The notes below the pieces were generated by a model. It was not told the origin of the DNA and did no database searches. It saw only the letters and a program-made list of their open reading frames with translations. A program made the translations under genes and the position numbers. 64,000 bases of DNA from a virus, in the IMG/VR virus record IMGVR_UViG_3300045988_171725, positions 32,001 through 96,000 of that record; one strand, given 5' to 3'. Positions 8,075 through 17,953 of the stretch are shown piece by piece. How positions within the stretch are numbered: position 1 is the stretch's first letter; each line of letters starts with the position of its first letter.

Positions 8075-9918
8075 TGCTTAAGTGTTTTGAACTTGATTCT
8101 AACCAAATCAGAATTAGAGACATCTTAAACGACAAAAACTTCCTCGAAATAGAAATCTTTGCGATTTCTGATGCAAATCCTAACCGTAACAAAAGTCATT
8201 TTACGCTCGAGTCGATGCAAAAAGGTCTCGAGTCTTTTAACGATAAGCCGATACTCGGTTTTTTCAATAAACAAGGTGATTTTGAGTCTCATAACGGAAG
8301 AGTTGCTTACGATCCAGAAGAACAAGTGGACTATTGGGACAACTCTAACGGAGAACAAATTTTAGGTTTTATTCGCCAGACGGATAGGAAAGAAATCGTA
8401 GAGAGAGACGGTTTACACTGGATTTGCTGTACCGCAATGATATATACTCAATATAACTATAAACAAGTCAAAAAATTGCTCAAAGACCGTAAGAAAAAAG
8501 TTTCGGTCGAAATAGCGGTTTTAGACAGCGAGATGGTTGACGGAATTGAATATATCAAAGAATTTGACTTAAAGGGAATAACAATTCTCGGAAGCCGTAA
8601 CGGCATACAAGTCAAAGAAGGTATTGAAGGCGCAGGATTATCAATTCTCGAAGTTTTTGACGCGGCGAGATTCAGTGGACAAAAACAAACAATTATTCAA
8701 GCGTACTCTCAGTTAGAGGACGACGAGAAAAATAAGGAGGACGGAAATTTGGCTATGAAAGATTTTGGAAAAGCTCTTAAAGTCAACAAATCCAAAGAAG
8801 CCATGTCCGATACCAGTTGGGGCGACGTTGATAAAGCGGAGCTCAGAAAACGCATTGTCGAAGCGAGCAACTTTAAGGAAATCGCAGATGACGTGTTCCT
8901 CGACTTGAGAGAAGGCTGGGAAGAAGGGGAAGTTACGAAGCTCAAATATCCAGTAATGGAGATCAAAGGCGACGAACTGGTATATAACAGAGGGGCATTA
9001 GGCTCAGCGAAGGCTTACGCCGAGAAGAACGGCGAAGAAGAAGTCTTAAAGAAGTTAAAGGCTATTTACGGGCATTTAGATCTCGACTTCGAAGCGAAGT
9101 TCGATTGCGAATGCGACGAATTCTGTGACCTTTACGAAGACGACGTTCCGTGCAATGGCGATTGCGGCGACGATTGTGATGATCATGATGATTGCGACGA
9201 TTATTCGCTCGAAAAACACGCGGAAGGAGTGGTTGTCGAGGAAGCAAAGGGAGAACCTGTAGAAAAACCTGCTGTGGTTGTTGAAAAGGTTTATACCGAA
9301 GAGGCATTCAATGCGGCTTGCGACGAATTGAAGATGAAATGTAATGAAGCGGAAAGCAAATTTGCTGAAGTGGAAGGCAAATACTCGGAACTCGAAGCTA
9401 AATGTTGTGAATACGAAAACAAATGTGGCGAATACGAAGGTAAGTGCGCGGATTACGAAAAGAGATGCGCGGAGTATGAGAAGAAATGTGCAGAACTTGA
9501 AGAGAAGTGCGCGAACTACGAAGCAACCGCAGGAAAACTTAAACTCGAAATGGATGAATGTGTCGCGAAGATGCAGGACTACGAAGAGATTAAGAAAGCT
9601 CGTGACGAAATGGTTGAAAAATTCGCCGTTATGAGAGTCAACGAGCAAAAAGATTATATTTCCAATGTGTGCGCTAAAATGAAATTTACTGAAGAAGAGA
9701 TTAAGCCGATTGGTGAAAAATGCGAAAGAAGAGAATATGAAGATATCGACGCTATAGATAGAGATATTGCGTACTTATCTTTCCAAAAAACCAAAGCGAC
9801 GCTTTTCAGTGAAAAAACGGAAATGTTTAGTGTAAATATTGTGGAAGAACCAAAACAAAAATCTGGTCGCAAAGAAATGACTTTACGTGAGCGACTTAAA
9901 GATAATATTAAAAAATAA
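8074..9918 (+). CDS. Prohead protease/scaffold-type protein with an acidic Cys-rich segment and a Cys-containing heptad coiled coil
   Basis: 614 aa, SD AAGGAGGG, located between the portal and capsid genes. The N-terminal ~200 aa loosely resemble HK97-type prohead protease. The C-terminal half is E/K-rich coiled coil. Confidence 0.5.
   Translation: MLKCFELDSNQIRIRDILNDKNFLEIEIFAISDANPNRNKSHFTLESMQKGLESFNDKPILGFFNKQGDFESHNGRVAYDPEEQVDYWDNSNGEQILGFIRQTDRKEIVERDGLHWICCTAMIYTQYNYKQVKKLLKDRKKKVSVEIAVLDSEMVDGIEYIKEFDLKGITILGSRNGIQVKEGIEGAGLSILEVFDAARFSGQKQTIIQAYSQLEDDEKNKEDGNLAMKDFGKALKVNKSKEAMSDTSWGDVDKAELRKRIVEASNFKEIADDVFLDLREGWEEGEVTKLKYPVMEIKGDELVYNRGALGSAKAYAEKNGEEEVLKKLKAIYGHLDLDFEAKFDCECDEFCDLYEDDVPCNGDCGDDCDDHDDCDDYSLEKHAEGVVVEEAKGEPVEKPAVVVEKVYTEEAFNAACDELKMKCNEAESKFAEVEGKYSELEAKCCEYENKCGEYEGKCADYEKRCAEYEKKCAELEEKCANYEATAGKLKLEMDECVAKMQDYEEIKKARDEMVEKFAVMRVNEQKDYISNVCAKMKFTEEEIKPIGEKCERREYEDIDAIDRDIAYLSFQKTKATLFSEKTEMFSVNIVEEPKQKSGRKEMTLRERLKDNIKK
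9397..9522 (+). repeat. Six tandem 21-nt (7-codon) repeats inside the scaffold gene
   Basis: The repeats encode AKCCEYE NKCGEYE GKCADYE KRCAEYE KKCAELE EKCANYE. Confidence 0.9.
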
Positions 9919-9941
9919 GAAATAATTAAGGAGAAATTAAT

Positions 9942-10478
9942 ATGGCTACTTTTGCTAAAATTAAAATGGTATCGGAAAACGTAACCGCTTACGATATCAC
10001 TGGTAAGTTTGTTTCCAACGATCAGCTTGCCGAAGTAGAAGACGGCGCTCTTGTAGTTGTTGGCGACCTTAGAAGAAGCACGGTTTATGACAACAAAGAC
10101 ATGAACGTATTTGAAATCAAAGCACCCGCTAATGACACGGATGAAGTTGCTATAGTTGACCTTTCCGATGTTGGTAAGGGCGACGTAAGAGGTGACAAAT
10201 GGAGAGTTGGCATGAGACTTGATGGTCTCGTTGCTGATGCTGGTCAGCCTGTTAGAGTTAGAATTCTTAAACCTTATGACAGGTTCTGGCTTTCGGACGC
10301 TGGATTTGTTTTCGCTCCCGAAGTTGGCAAATTTGCTATTCCGACTGCTAATGATACGAAATTTACTCCGTCTGCAACTCAGGTTGAAGGTAAACTTAAT
10401 GTTAAGATCGAAATGGCTAAAGATTTCGTTCTTGGTCAGACGGTTGCTGGCAAGATGTATTACTGCCGTGTACTTTAA
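9942..10478 (+). CDS. Capsid-associated hypothetical protein (decoration or auxiliary, by position)
   Basis: 178 aa, SD AAGGAG, located between the scaffold and major capsid genes. Confidence 0.4.
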   Translation: MATFAKIKMVSENVTAYDITGKFVSNDQLAEVEDGALVVVGDLRRSTVYDNKDMNVFEIKAPANDTDEVAIVDLSDVGKGDVRGDKWRVGMRLDGLVADAGQPVRVRILKPYDRFWLSDAGFVFAPEVGKFAIPTANDTKFTPSATQVEGKLNVKIEMAKDFVLGQTVAGKMYYCRVL

Positions 10479-10502
10479 TTTTTAAGGGAGGAATAGAATA
10501 TT

Positions 10503-11597
10503 ATGTTAAAAATGTTTAATTATAAAAAGTCTGAAAACGCCCTTTTTAATGATGTTGTAGACGGTATCGTTGATTCCGCTCGTCAGCACATTGAAGGTGT
10601 ACAGAACAGAAAAGAATATGAAGAAATGCAGAGCGATGTTTGCGAAAACCTCGTTAAATATTGTGTAAGCGGCACTCGTTACGAAGACAGATTCGTTAAT
10701 GAAGGCATCGAAATCGTCAAGAGCCCCGCTGTTAACAGTAACAGAGATTTCAGAGAAAACTTCGACGCGGTTATCGCGCAGGTTATCAACGCGACTCTTC
10801 CGATGACGATGAGCTCGAGATTTGCTGACACGTTTATGGATTATAGGCAGATCGGTTTCGGCGATACTGCTCGTTTCATTATCGATTCGAATGAGTTATA
10901 TCAGGTTAATGAACTTGCAGAGGGTATTCATCGCGGAGCTCTTCAGCCCATTTATAACAACGAAATGGTTGTTAATCCTGAACCGATTGAAATAGCGGTT
11001 TCGATGGATTGGTATGACCTTGCTTCGAGAAGATTTGATATCGGCGTATGGGCTGCTAAAATTGCTCGTTCGTTTGAAAACTATATTCTTGCTAAGTCTA
11101 TTGCTGCGCTTACCGCTGCAACTGATGGTCTTGGTATTGGTTATGTTACTAATGGCGTTGATACGAAGAGCTTTGCTCACCTTGCTGAAAGAGTTTCTGC
11201 TGCGAATAACGGCGCTGCGGTTTATGGAGTCGGCGTTTTGAGCGCTCTTGCGCAGTGCGTACCTAATGTCGTCGGTTTGCAATATGGCCTTGGTGTTGAA
11301 GTTGCTAAGAAAGGTTTCCTTGATAAATATCTCGGAGTAAATTTAATAGCAATCGACCAAGCGATAGATGCCACCACTTTGAATTCGACTGGTAAACTTA
11401 TGATCCCTGATGATAAGATATATCTCATAGCCGCAAATTCGTATAAGTGCGTAAAAGTGGTCCAAGAAGGTACTGATATTTCACTTACCGATCTTCCTGA
11501 ATACACTTCCGACAGAACTTATGTTTTCTCGGTTAAACTTCGTATCGGTGTAGCTGCGGTATTGGGCTCCAAGCATGGCGTTATCAACCTCGGTTAA
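10503..11597 (+). CDS. Major capsid protein (by position and size)
   Basis: 364 aa, SD AGGGAGGA, downstream of the scaffold gene. Its composition resembles other highly expressed genes here. No diagnostic motif was recognised. Confidence 0.6.
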   Translation: MLKMFNYKKSENALFNDVVDGIVDSARQHIEGVQNRKEYEEMQSDVCENLVKYCVSGTRYEDRFVNEGIEIVKSPAVNSNRDFRENFDAVIAQVINATLPMTMSSRFADTFMDYRQIGFGDTARFIIDSNELYQVNELAEGIHRGALQPIYNNEMVVNPEPIEIAVSMDWYDLASRRFDIGVWAAKIARSFENYILAKSIAALTAATDGLGIGYVTNGVDTKSFAHLAERVSAANNGAAVYGVGVLSALAQCVPNVVGLQYGLGVEVAKKGFLDKYLGVNLIAIDQAIDATTLNSTGKLMIPDDKIYLIAANSYKCVKVVQEGTDISLTDLPEYTSDRTYVFSVKLRIGVAAVLGSKHGVINLG

Positions 11598-11616
11598 TTC
11601 GAGATTTAATAAGTTT

Positions 11617-11649
11617 TCTTATTCTTTTAACAAAATAAGAGAGTTTTTT
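11617..11649 (+). terminator. Weak AT-rich hairpin plus T-run after the capsid gene
   Basis: Stem TCTTATT (11617-11623) / AATAAGA (11634-11640), then GAG and T6. Confidence 0.3.
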
Positions 11650-11691
11650 AATTACGTTTCTCACAAAAACGTAATTTCCATTACAAAACGC

Positions 11692-11720
11692 TTGACAAAC
11701 GTTAAGTGATTTGTTATAAT
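11692..11720 (+). promoter_or_regulatory. Consensus sigma70-type promoter
   Basis: TTGACA (11692-11697), a 17-nt spacer, and TATAAT (11715-11720). It shares the flank AACGCTTGACAAA with the promoter at 56479. Confidence 0.7.
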
Positions 11721-11823
11721 AAACGTGTAAATTGCGGGACAGCAGGTTCGAAACTGTTTCCTTTTGACTCCTTACCGAGAGGATTACCGCTTTTTATATA
11801 TTTTTGTAAGGAGGATATTAAAA

Positions 11824-12945
11824 ATGCCAGCGAAGAAAAATTATAATGTCTCTAAAGAAGAATTATATGACTTATATATAATTCAAAATAAAATGGTTAG
11901 AGAGTTATCAGATTATTACAATATCCCTTTTGGCTCAATGGTAAAGATTATACGTAAATATGGATTGAAAAAAGGGAAAGAGGCTAATCAGGCGAATATT
12001 CAACGTGCTTTCGACGAAAAGGGTATCGGGAAGATGAACGCAGCTCACAAAAGAAATAAGGAATTTTTAGAAGAACACGGTTATTATCCACCACAAAAGC
12101 CAGAAGTAATCGAACGTAGAAAACAGACAAATATTAAAAAATTTGGGTGTGAAAATCCATTTGGGAACGATGAGATAAAAGAAAAAATTAAACACACAAT
12201 GCGTGAAAATTTTGGAACTGATTATGCTGGTTCGAGTGTGGAGTTACAAAATCGTTCTCAAAAGGTTATAATGGAGAAATATGGTGTATCTAATTATGGT
12301 GAACTTGCATTGTCGGAATTTACGAGAGACATTTTGTCATCAGCAGAAAAGTTAAGAAACTTCATTGTTAAAGGTGGATATAAAACAACGGAAATTGCGT
12401 CAAAAGCCATTGGTTGTGGACATTGCACTTTATGTAGACGATTGAATAAATTTGAATTATGGGATTTAATTGATAAATTTAGTTCACATTATGAAGAAGA
12501 AATTTCGAAATTCTTAGATAAATTAAACGTAAAACACTATAAGACCAAAACAAAAATATCTCCATATGAAATAGACGCTTATTGTCCTGATTATAACATT
12601 GGAATTGAATTTAATGGCGATTATTGGCACTCGACATTGCAAAAAGAAAAGGATTATCATTTGTTGAAATATAATCGTGCCAAAGATAAAGGTGTATTTA
12701 TATTTTATGTATATGAGTATGAGTGGGTTTCTAATAAACGTGTAGTTAAAGAACGTATTAAAAAATTATTTAACGGAGATTTTTGGTTTAATGGTGGAGA
12801 TTATATAATTGAAAATGGAAAAATCCCAGAGAATATTCTTATAGAAAATGGATATAAAATTATAGATGAATTACCACCTAAAAGTTATATTAGTGGACCA
12901 TATGAAATATATAATGCTGGATATAAGCATTGGTCCAAAAAATAA
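11824..12945 (+). CDS. Free-standing homing-endonuclease-like protein (HTH module + KYG repeats + PD-(D/E)XK-like core)
   Basis: SD TAAGGAGGA precedes ATG 11824; the track start at 11764 lacks an SD. The N-terminus SKEELYDLYIIQNK matches the 273-1444 protein. The repeats KKFGCENPF...EKYGVSNYG resemble those of the intron-1 ORF. The nuclease motif is YEIDAYCPDYNIGIEFNGDYWHS. The gene is AT-rich relative to its flanks. Confidence 0.7.
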   Translation: MPAKKNYNVSKEELYDLYIIQNKMVRELSDYYNIPFGSMVKIIRKYGLKKGKEANQANIQRAFDEKGIGKMNAAHKRNKEFLEEHGYYPPQKPEVIERRKQTNIKKFGCENPFGNDEIKEKIKHTMRENFGTDYAGSSVELQNRSQKVIMEKYGVSNYGELALSEFTRDILSSAEKLRNFIVKGGYKTTEIASKAIGCGHCTLCRRLNKFELWDLIDKFSSHYEEEISKFLDKLNVKHYKTKTKISPYEIDAYCPDYNIGIEFNGDYWHSTLQKEKDYHLLKYNRAKDKGVFIFYVYEYEWVSNKRVVKERIKKLFNGDFWFNGGDYIIENGKIPENILIENGYKIIDELPPKSYISGPYEIYNAGYKHWSKK

Positions 12946-12955
12946 AGAAATAATC

Positions 12956-12977
12956 ACGTCGCCTTGGCGGCGTTTTT
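12956..12977 (+). terminator. Intrinsic terminator
   Basis: 7-bp stem ACGTCGC / GCGGCGT (one G-U pair) with tetraloop CTTG, followed by TTTTGTT. Confidence 0.55.
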
Positions 12978-13012
12978 GTTATGAATAAAAGTAGTAAAAG
13001 GAGAGTTTAATT

Positions 13013-13702
13013 ATGGCTAACACAACAGTTAAAAAAGAAGAAATATCTGACGAAATCAAGATTGCAGAAAAAAAACAACCTGCAAAATCGAGCGATTTAG
13101 ATGCTAAAATGGCAAATCTTACAGATTTAATGGCGCAATTCATGCAGACGATGATGGTCACTCAGAGTAATCAGAATGGTAAATCTGATGGCGAAGTTCG
13201 GATTGTACATCTCGCGCAAATGGATCCTCAGCTCGGAACTACAATACATCTATCAAATCTTGTAATTGGGATGACTGAATTTGGTGAAGAAAGATCCCTT
13301 ACAATTCAGCAATTTGAGGAACTGTTAGCGAAACATAGAAGTTGGTTTACTAAAGGGCTTCTTTGTGTAGCTGCGGGGTACGAAGACGTTGCTAAAAAAT
13401 ATGGCGTTGCGACAATTAACGATTGCCCTATAGATAAAACGTTTATTAAAACACTTGGCGATGTCCCGATGGATAAGATAGAAGAGGTTTATACTAAACT
13501 TCCAGAATACGGTAAAGATAATTTGGTGAGTTATTGGCTTAGATGTGCTTATGACGGAGATATGCGCTTTAGAGATATTCGAAGAGTAAAAACGTTTAAC
13601 GATGCAACGGGTGGGAAACTTGAAAACTTACTTGTTGAACTTAATAGAAAACCGTCTTCGCAGCCAATCGGAAATGTAAGACCAAACATTGTAAGATACT
13701 AA
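13013..13702 (+). CDS. Hypothetical virion-module protein
   Basis: 229 aa, SD AAAGGAG. Confidence 0.5.
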   Translation: MANTTVKKEEISDEIKIAEKKQPAKSSDLDAKMANLTDLMAQFMQTMMVTQSNQNGKSDGEVRIVHLAQMDPQLGTTIHLSNLVIGMTEFGEERSLTIQQFEELLAKHRSWFTKGLLCVAAGYEDVAKKYGVATINDCPIDKTFIKTLGDVPMDKIEEVYTKLPEYGKDNLVSYWLRCAYDGDMRFRDIRRVKTFNDATGGKLENLLVELNRKPSSQPIGNVRPNIVRY

Positions 13703-13718
13703 TTCAACTAAACAAATA

Positions 13719-13752
13719 AAAGCCCCATTTCATTACACGATTTGGGGCTTTT
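13719..13752 (+). terminator. Intrinsic terminator
   Basis: Stem AAAGCCCCA / TGGGGCTTT with a 15-nt loop, in a T-rich then A-rich context. Confidence 0.6.
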
Positions 13753-13783
13753 AAAATAAAAAAAATAACGGAGGGGAACACCA

Positions 13784-14494
13784 ATGATTCAGTTCTCAGA
13801 TATTTACGAGCGGACGGTTAATCTTATTGATGACCCCGATATCAACAGAGCATATTTAACAAACACAATTGAATTTCAGAAAATAATGTACAATTTCCTC
13901 ATCAACGGTTTAAGTTACTTTTCCAACCCGATAAAAGTATCCGACGCGCTTGCACAGTACGACAAACCGACTGGCGAGACAGAAATCGGAAAGTGCGAAG
14001 CTGGAAAGCAGATTTACAATGTCACGATGGACATACCCAAAGACGCGGAGATTGTATTTTACATAGACACGCCGAATAAAAAAGGCGTGTTAATTAAACA
14101 CCAAACGGAAGCGACTTATGACGCGACCGCTAAAACCGTCGAGTTCGCGAACCCCGTGAACGATGGCGAACAATATGAAATCGAGTGGTATAAAGCAGGT
14201 GCATTTACGGCGGATTTTGTCGCCGCAGGGAAAGCAATTGGCGATTCGATGACAAAGCGTGTAACGGAAATACTCGCAAGAACAACGGTAATCGCGTGGG
14301 CAGAGAAAGAGCAAAATTTCTTGCTTGATATTCGTAATTTGCTCAATGACACCGACTTCAAACTTCATTCGCCCGCAAACTCATTGAAGACGAAAACCGA
14401 TTGGGTAAAGGATTTGCAGTTCGAGATTTATTCGTTGCAGAACAAACTCGATTGGGATTTGCGGAACAGGAGCGTGAGTTGGTATGGATACTAA
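13784..14494 (+). CDS. Hypothetical protein (head-tail joining region)
   Basis: 236 aa, SD GGAGGGG. Confidence 0.5.
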   Translation: MIQFSDIYERTVNLIDDPDINRAYLTNTIEFQKIMYNFLINGLSYFSNPIKVSDALAQYDKPTGETEIGKCEAGKQIYNVTMDIPKDAEIVFYIDTPNKKGVLIKHQTEATYDATAKTVEFANPVNDGEQYEIEWYKAGAFTADFVAAGKAIGDSMTKRVTEILARTTVIAWAEKEQNFLLDIRNLLNDTDFKLHSPANSLKTKTDWVKDLQFEIYSLQNKLDWDLRNRSVSWYGY

Positions 14495-14834
14495 TACGTT
14501 TGAAAACCGCATAATAATTTCCGACGCCGCGAAAAAGAAATTCCTTGAAAAACTTATCGGCAAGATGATAAAGATTTTGCATCTTGTTGAGGAGAGAGAA
14601 GAAACGGGAATAGACCCTCGTGATTTCATATACGGACAACTCGTCGAGTTAAACTCGGCTAACCAATTATTCGACAACGAATTGGTTGAAATAATCGTAA
14701 AACTCAATGTGGTTTATCGCGATTTCAACAAGGTCGAATTTAAAGCAATAAAAAAACAGATTTTCGAGATAAAGCGTAACATCAATTATCTTATCGATTC
14801 GATTGACGCTCGCGAGAAGGGGGCGGCGAAATGA
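14484..14834 (+). CDS. Hypothetical protein (head-tail joining region)
   Basis: 116 aa. It overlaps both neighbours, consistent with translational coupling. Confidence 0.45.
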   Translation: MDTNTFENRIIISDAAKKKFLEKLIGKMIKILHLVEEREETGIDPRDFIYGQLVELNSANQLFDNELVEIIVKLNVVYRDFNKVEFKAIKKQIFEIKRNINYLIDSIDAREKGAAK

Positions 14835-16135
14835 GCAAAGTAATAAACAGCGCGTTCACCCCGACTTCTTACGTTTACGATCTCGAAAACAATGTCGGCG
14901 CTAATAACGGAGAGCCTTACAAAACAATCTCACAAACGCCGAAGAATTATTCAAAATATAACTACTATTTGCACACGTTGCAGGACAAAATCGACGCCGA
15001 TTGGAAATATCGTCCTAACAGGGTTGACGTTGAAGAACAGGAAATCGAAGATTGGGGTACGGATAAATACACCCCGATTGAGGTTGTTATTCAGACGCTT
15101 AAAAACGACAAAGGCGAAAAACTCGCGGACGATTATAAAAAGCTCGTGTTCCGCGATATTCAACACAACAAACTTCTCGGAATGAAATATCGCTTTTCGT
15201 TTAACTTCGACCTCGAAGAAGACGACGTGGATAAGTTCTGCTGGCTTGCGACGAATATGAACGTGACAGACCCGATGAGCGCGGTCGCAATAACTCGTTG
15301 TAACGGTACGATCGCCTCGGTTTTCAAGAACGCGGACGGCTATAACGATGTTCATATCGAAGAGGTTATCGCAGGCACCGATTTGTCGGGAACTGGTTTC
15401 CATTTCAACGAGACGATTTTGACGCAAAAAGACAGCATTGTGATGATTGTTCAGGCGAACGATTACACGCGCGGTTATTACGTAAACCAACGTTTTATCG
15501 TCGGTTACGACACGGTATACAAAGTAACGAACATAGAGAACTACAACAGCCGAAGCACTTACAAAGCGAAAGACAACGGGTTAATCGTGTTATACGCGAC
15601 CGTTGATCAAAAGAGCGAGCAAGACATCTTCGACAAAGAGGTTTACGGGAAAGAGCACATTTATCTCGCGTATAACAAAGCGGAAGACCAAATCACGGTT
15701 ACGCCGCCTGACGTCAGCGAAGGTTACACGTTCAGATTCTATGAACCTGTTCCGATGCCGACCGAATTATACAGCGAGCCGATTACGTTCAAAGTCGGCT
15801 TATTCCAAGGCGACGCATTGGTTGAAGCACCCGTGAATATAAGCATAACGCTCGGTACGCTCGTTCCGTTCGCGGTTTACGACCCGAACACTTACGCGGG
15901 CTACGCGTTCCTTATTACGAAAGACGGCGAAGATTTCTACGTTGTCGATATGGCTGATTACGAGAAATACGTCGAAGTCGTTGACGACGACGATAAAGGC
16001 ACGTTTACGCTTCGCAGGTTGAAAGTTTACGCTCGCAAAGAACTCGTCGTTATGGCTTATATATCGGCAGAAAACAGCCCGACAGGCAAAGAGATGAAAC
16101 AATCGTTCGTTCTGAGCCTCCGTGGGCTTGAGTAA
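14831..16135 (+). CDS. Hypothetical structural protein
   Basis: 434 aa, SD GAAGGGGG, with an ATGA overlap with the upstream ORF. Confidence 0.5.
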   Translation: MSKVINSAFTPTSYVYDLENNVGANNGEPYKTISQTPKNYSKYNYYLHTLQDKIDADWKYRPNRVDVEEQEIEDWGTDKYTPIEVVIQTLKNDKGEKLADDYKKLVFRDIQHNKLLGMKYRFSFNFDLEEDDVDKFCWLATNMNVTDPMSAVAITRCNGTIASVFKNADGYNDVHIEEVIAGTDLSGTGFHFNETILTQKDSIVMIVQANDYTRGYYVNQRFIVGYDTVYKVTNIENYNSRSTYKAKDNGLIVLYATVDQKSEQDIFDKEVYGKEHIYLAYNKAEDQITVTPPDVSEGYTFRFYEPVPMPTELYSEPITFKVGLFQGDALVEAPVNISITLGTLVPFAVYDPNTYAGYAFLITKDGEDFYVVDMADYEKYVEVVDDDDKGTFTLRRLKVYARKELVVMAYISAENSPTGKEMKQSFVLSLRGLE

Positions 16136-16159
16136 AAGTGAGAAAAGGAGGAAACGCAC

Positions 16160-16834
16160 ATGGGGCTTCCTATGTATTTTGACGACAACGGGTATAATCG
16201 TTATAACGACCTTGACGGGTTGGAGTGGCGAATTATACACGCGTTAGTAAACAGCGACTCGAAATACGGCAAGTATTTGTGGAAGTTGCTGAAATATAAC
16301 ACACCTGATTGTCTTATGAACGATGAACTCAACAACAAAGAGAAGTATAAAATGGTTTATCGTGACAATGGTGACGCAGGCAATTATAACGTATTTTTAC
16401 TTCCGTTTATCGACGACGGTTGGACAAAGCAGGCTTCGAGGCTTGACGTTTACGTGAGCCGAATTGAACCGTTTGATCAAATTCGCTCGAAAGTCGATGT
16501 AACGCTCGAAATTATAGTTCACAACAAAATCAACAATGTTTACGGCGACGCGGATGACGAAGAAAACCCGCTGACGAACCTGACCGAAACCGACGAAGAT
16601 GGGAATATCTTAATTCCGACGAAGAGTCGCGCGACCACTATTTTGAAGTGCGTTTTGGCTATTTTGAACGGATTATACGTTGATGGTGTCGGCACGTTGC
16701 AGTGCAACCAATTGACAAGCCCGTATTGCGGGGTAAAAAGTTATGTTTGGAATAACCGTTCGTATTTTGGTTATTCGGTCACATTCTCGACAGTTATGGC
16801 GCAAGAAACGGTTAACCCTGATTGCGGCTGGTGA
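16160..16834 (+). CDS. Hypothetical protein (head-tail joining region)
   Basis: 224 aa, SD AAGGAGG. Confidence 0.5.
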   Translation: MGLPMYFDDNGYNRYNDLDGLEWRIIHALVNSDSKYGKYLWKLLKYNTPDCLMNDELNNKEKYKMVYRDNGDAGNYNVFLLPFIDDGWTKQASRLDVYVSRIEPFDQIRSKVDVTLEIIVHNKINNVYGDADDEENPLTNLTETDEDGNILIPTKSRATTILKCVLAILNGLYVDGVGTLQCNQLTSPYCGVKSYVWNNRSYFGYSVTFSTVMAQETVNPDCGW

Positions 16835-16847
16835 GGCGGTGATTTGA

Positions 16848-17849
16848 GTGAAAATTTATAATCCGAATTTACCGCAAAGCCTCGTTGATGAGCTTAATCG
16901 GCTTAATGCGACGTATTTTCAATTCGATGAACCTGTTCCATTCAAAGACGGTTTAATGTTATACCCGATAAACGTTCGGTATCACGATGAATTTTTAGCT
17001 GCGTCGGAGTGTTTGACTCTTAATAAAGACGATGTGGAAGGGAATGAGGAGAAAACTAACCTTGAATATCTTTTACTGAAGATGAGCGGGAAGGCAGACT
17101 CACAAGATGAAGATGGACCGCCGAAAGGCGCGTTAGAAAAAGCCGCCGAAGAGAAAAAGGCGAAGGAAGAACAGGCTCGAATTTCGCAGTATTTTATACG
17201 CATTTGCGAATTGGTTTTTCACGTGAAATATGGTATTCGTTGTGCGAAATGCGGAAAAGTTTACGATTATCAAGAGTTTTTAATAAAAGCACTCGATAAA
17301 GAACACCCATTCCATTGCGAATGTTATAAAGGCGAAAAAGATGAGGAAGAAGACTTCGATATAAACATAAAATATCGAATGAACCCCGAAACTAAAAAAT
17401 ACGAAATTTTGATTAACGGAATTACGATAACGTCGGAAGACTTCGATCGTTTGAGACAAATCGTGATGTACCAAAATTTGCCTGACTTTAAAGATGACAC
17501 TTGGGTTGACCCTGATATGAGAGCTGACCAAGCGGAGAAACAAAGGCTTTTGGCAAAGAAAAACAACGCTGGAACCGCGACACTCGAAAGAAAGATTGTT
17601 TGCGTTTCAGCGAAATCGTGTTATAAAATCGAAGACATTTACAAATTAACGATGAGAAAATTCTTAATTTTGTTATCTGCGATTGACGATGCGATGAATT
17701 ATGAATGCACGCGTATCGGTTTAATGACTGGTATGGTGAGTATGAAAGAACCAGTTGAACACTGGATTTATAAGAAAGAATCTGATGACTTGTACGGCGG
17801 AGAGGCAACGAGCCTGGATGATGTTCAAAAAAAAGTCGGTTCTGAATAA
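16848..17849 (+). CDS. Hypothetical protein
   Basis: 333 aa, GTG start preceded by a purine-rich tract, with an acidic/lysine-rich linker. Confidence 0.45.
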   Translation: MKIYNPNLPQSLVDELNRLNATYFQFDEPVPFKDGLMLYPINVRYHDEFLAASECLTLNKDDVEGNEEKTNLEYLLLKMSGKADSQDEDGPPKGALEKAAEEKKAKEEQARISQYFIRICELVFHVKYGIRCAKCGKVYDYQEFLIKALDKEHPFHCECYKGEKDEEEDFDINIKYRMNPETKKYEILINGITITSEDFDRLRQIVMYQNLPDFKDDTWVDPDMRADQAEKQRLLAKKNNAGTATLERKIVCVSAKSCYKIEDIYKLTMRKFLILLSAIDDAMNYECTRIGLMTGMVSMKEPVEHWIYKKESDDLYGGEATSLDDVQKKVGSE

Positions 17850-17953
17850 TTTACAAAAATTATGGCTTTAAAAACGTGGTTAATCCGCTGCGTTTTTTTA
17901 TTGCTTGATTTTAATATATATAAATTTATATAAATTAAAAAGGAGAAATTAAT

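Noticed and set aside
9397-9522. Regular 21-nt repeat array that could be mistaken for a CRISPR-like or satellite array
   Set aside because: The repeats are contiguous without spacers, in frame, and encode a heptad coiled coil within a long ORF. No CRISPR-type repeat-spacer structure was seen anywhere.
9076-9648. Alternative-frame ORFs inside the scaffold gene (9076-9648 on the minus strand, 9344-9634 on the plus strand)
   Set aside because: They are by-products of the repetitive GAA/AAG-rich coiled-coil coding sequence. They have no SD and are fully nested in the 8074-9918 ORF.
11745-11754. GGTTCGAAAC, reminiscent of a tRNA T-arm (GGTTCGAAT), in the HEG leader
   Set aside because: No acceptor stem, D-arm or anticodon arm can be built around it. 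The flanking pairing (ACAG/CTGT) is only 4 bp. I saw no tRNA elsewhere in the window.
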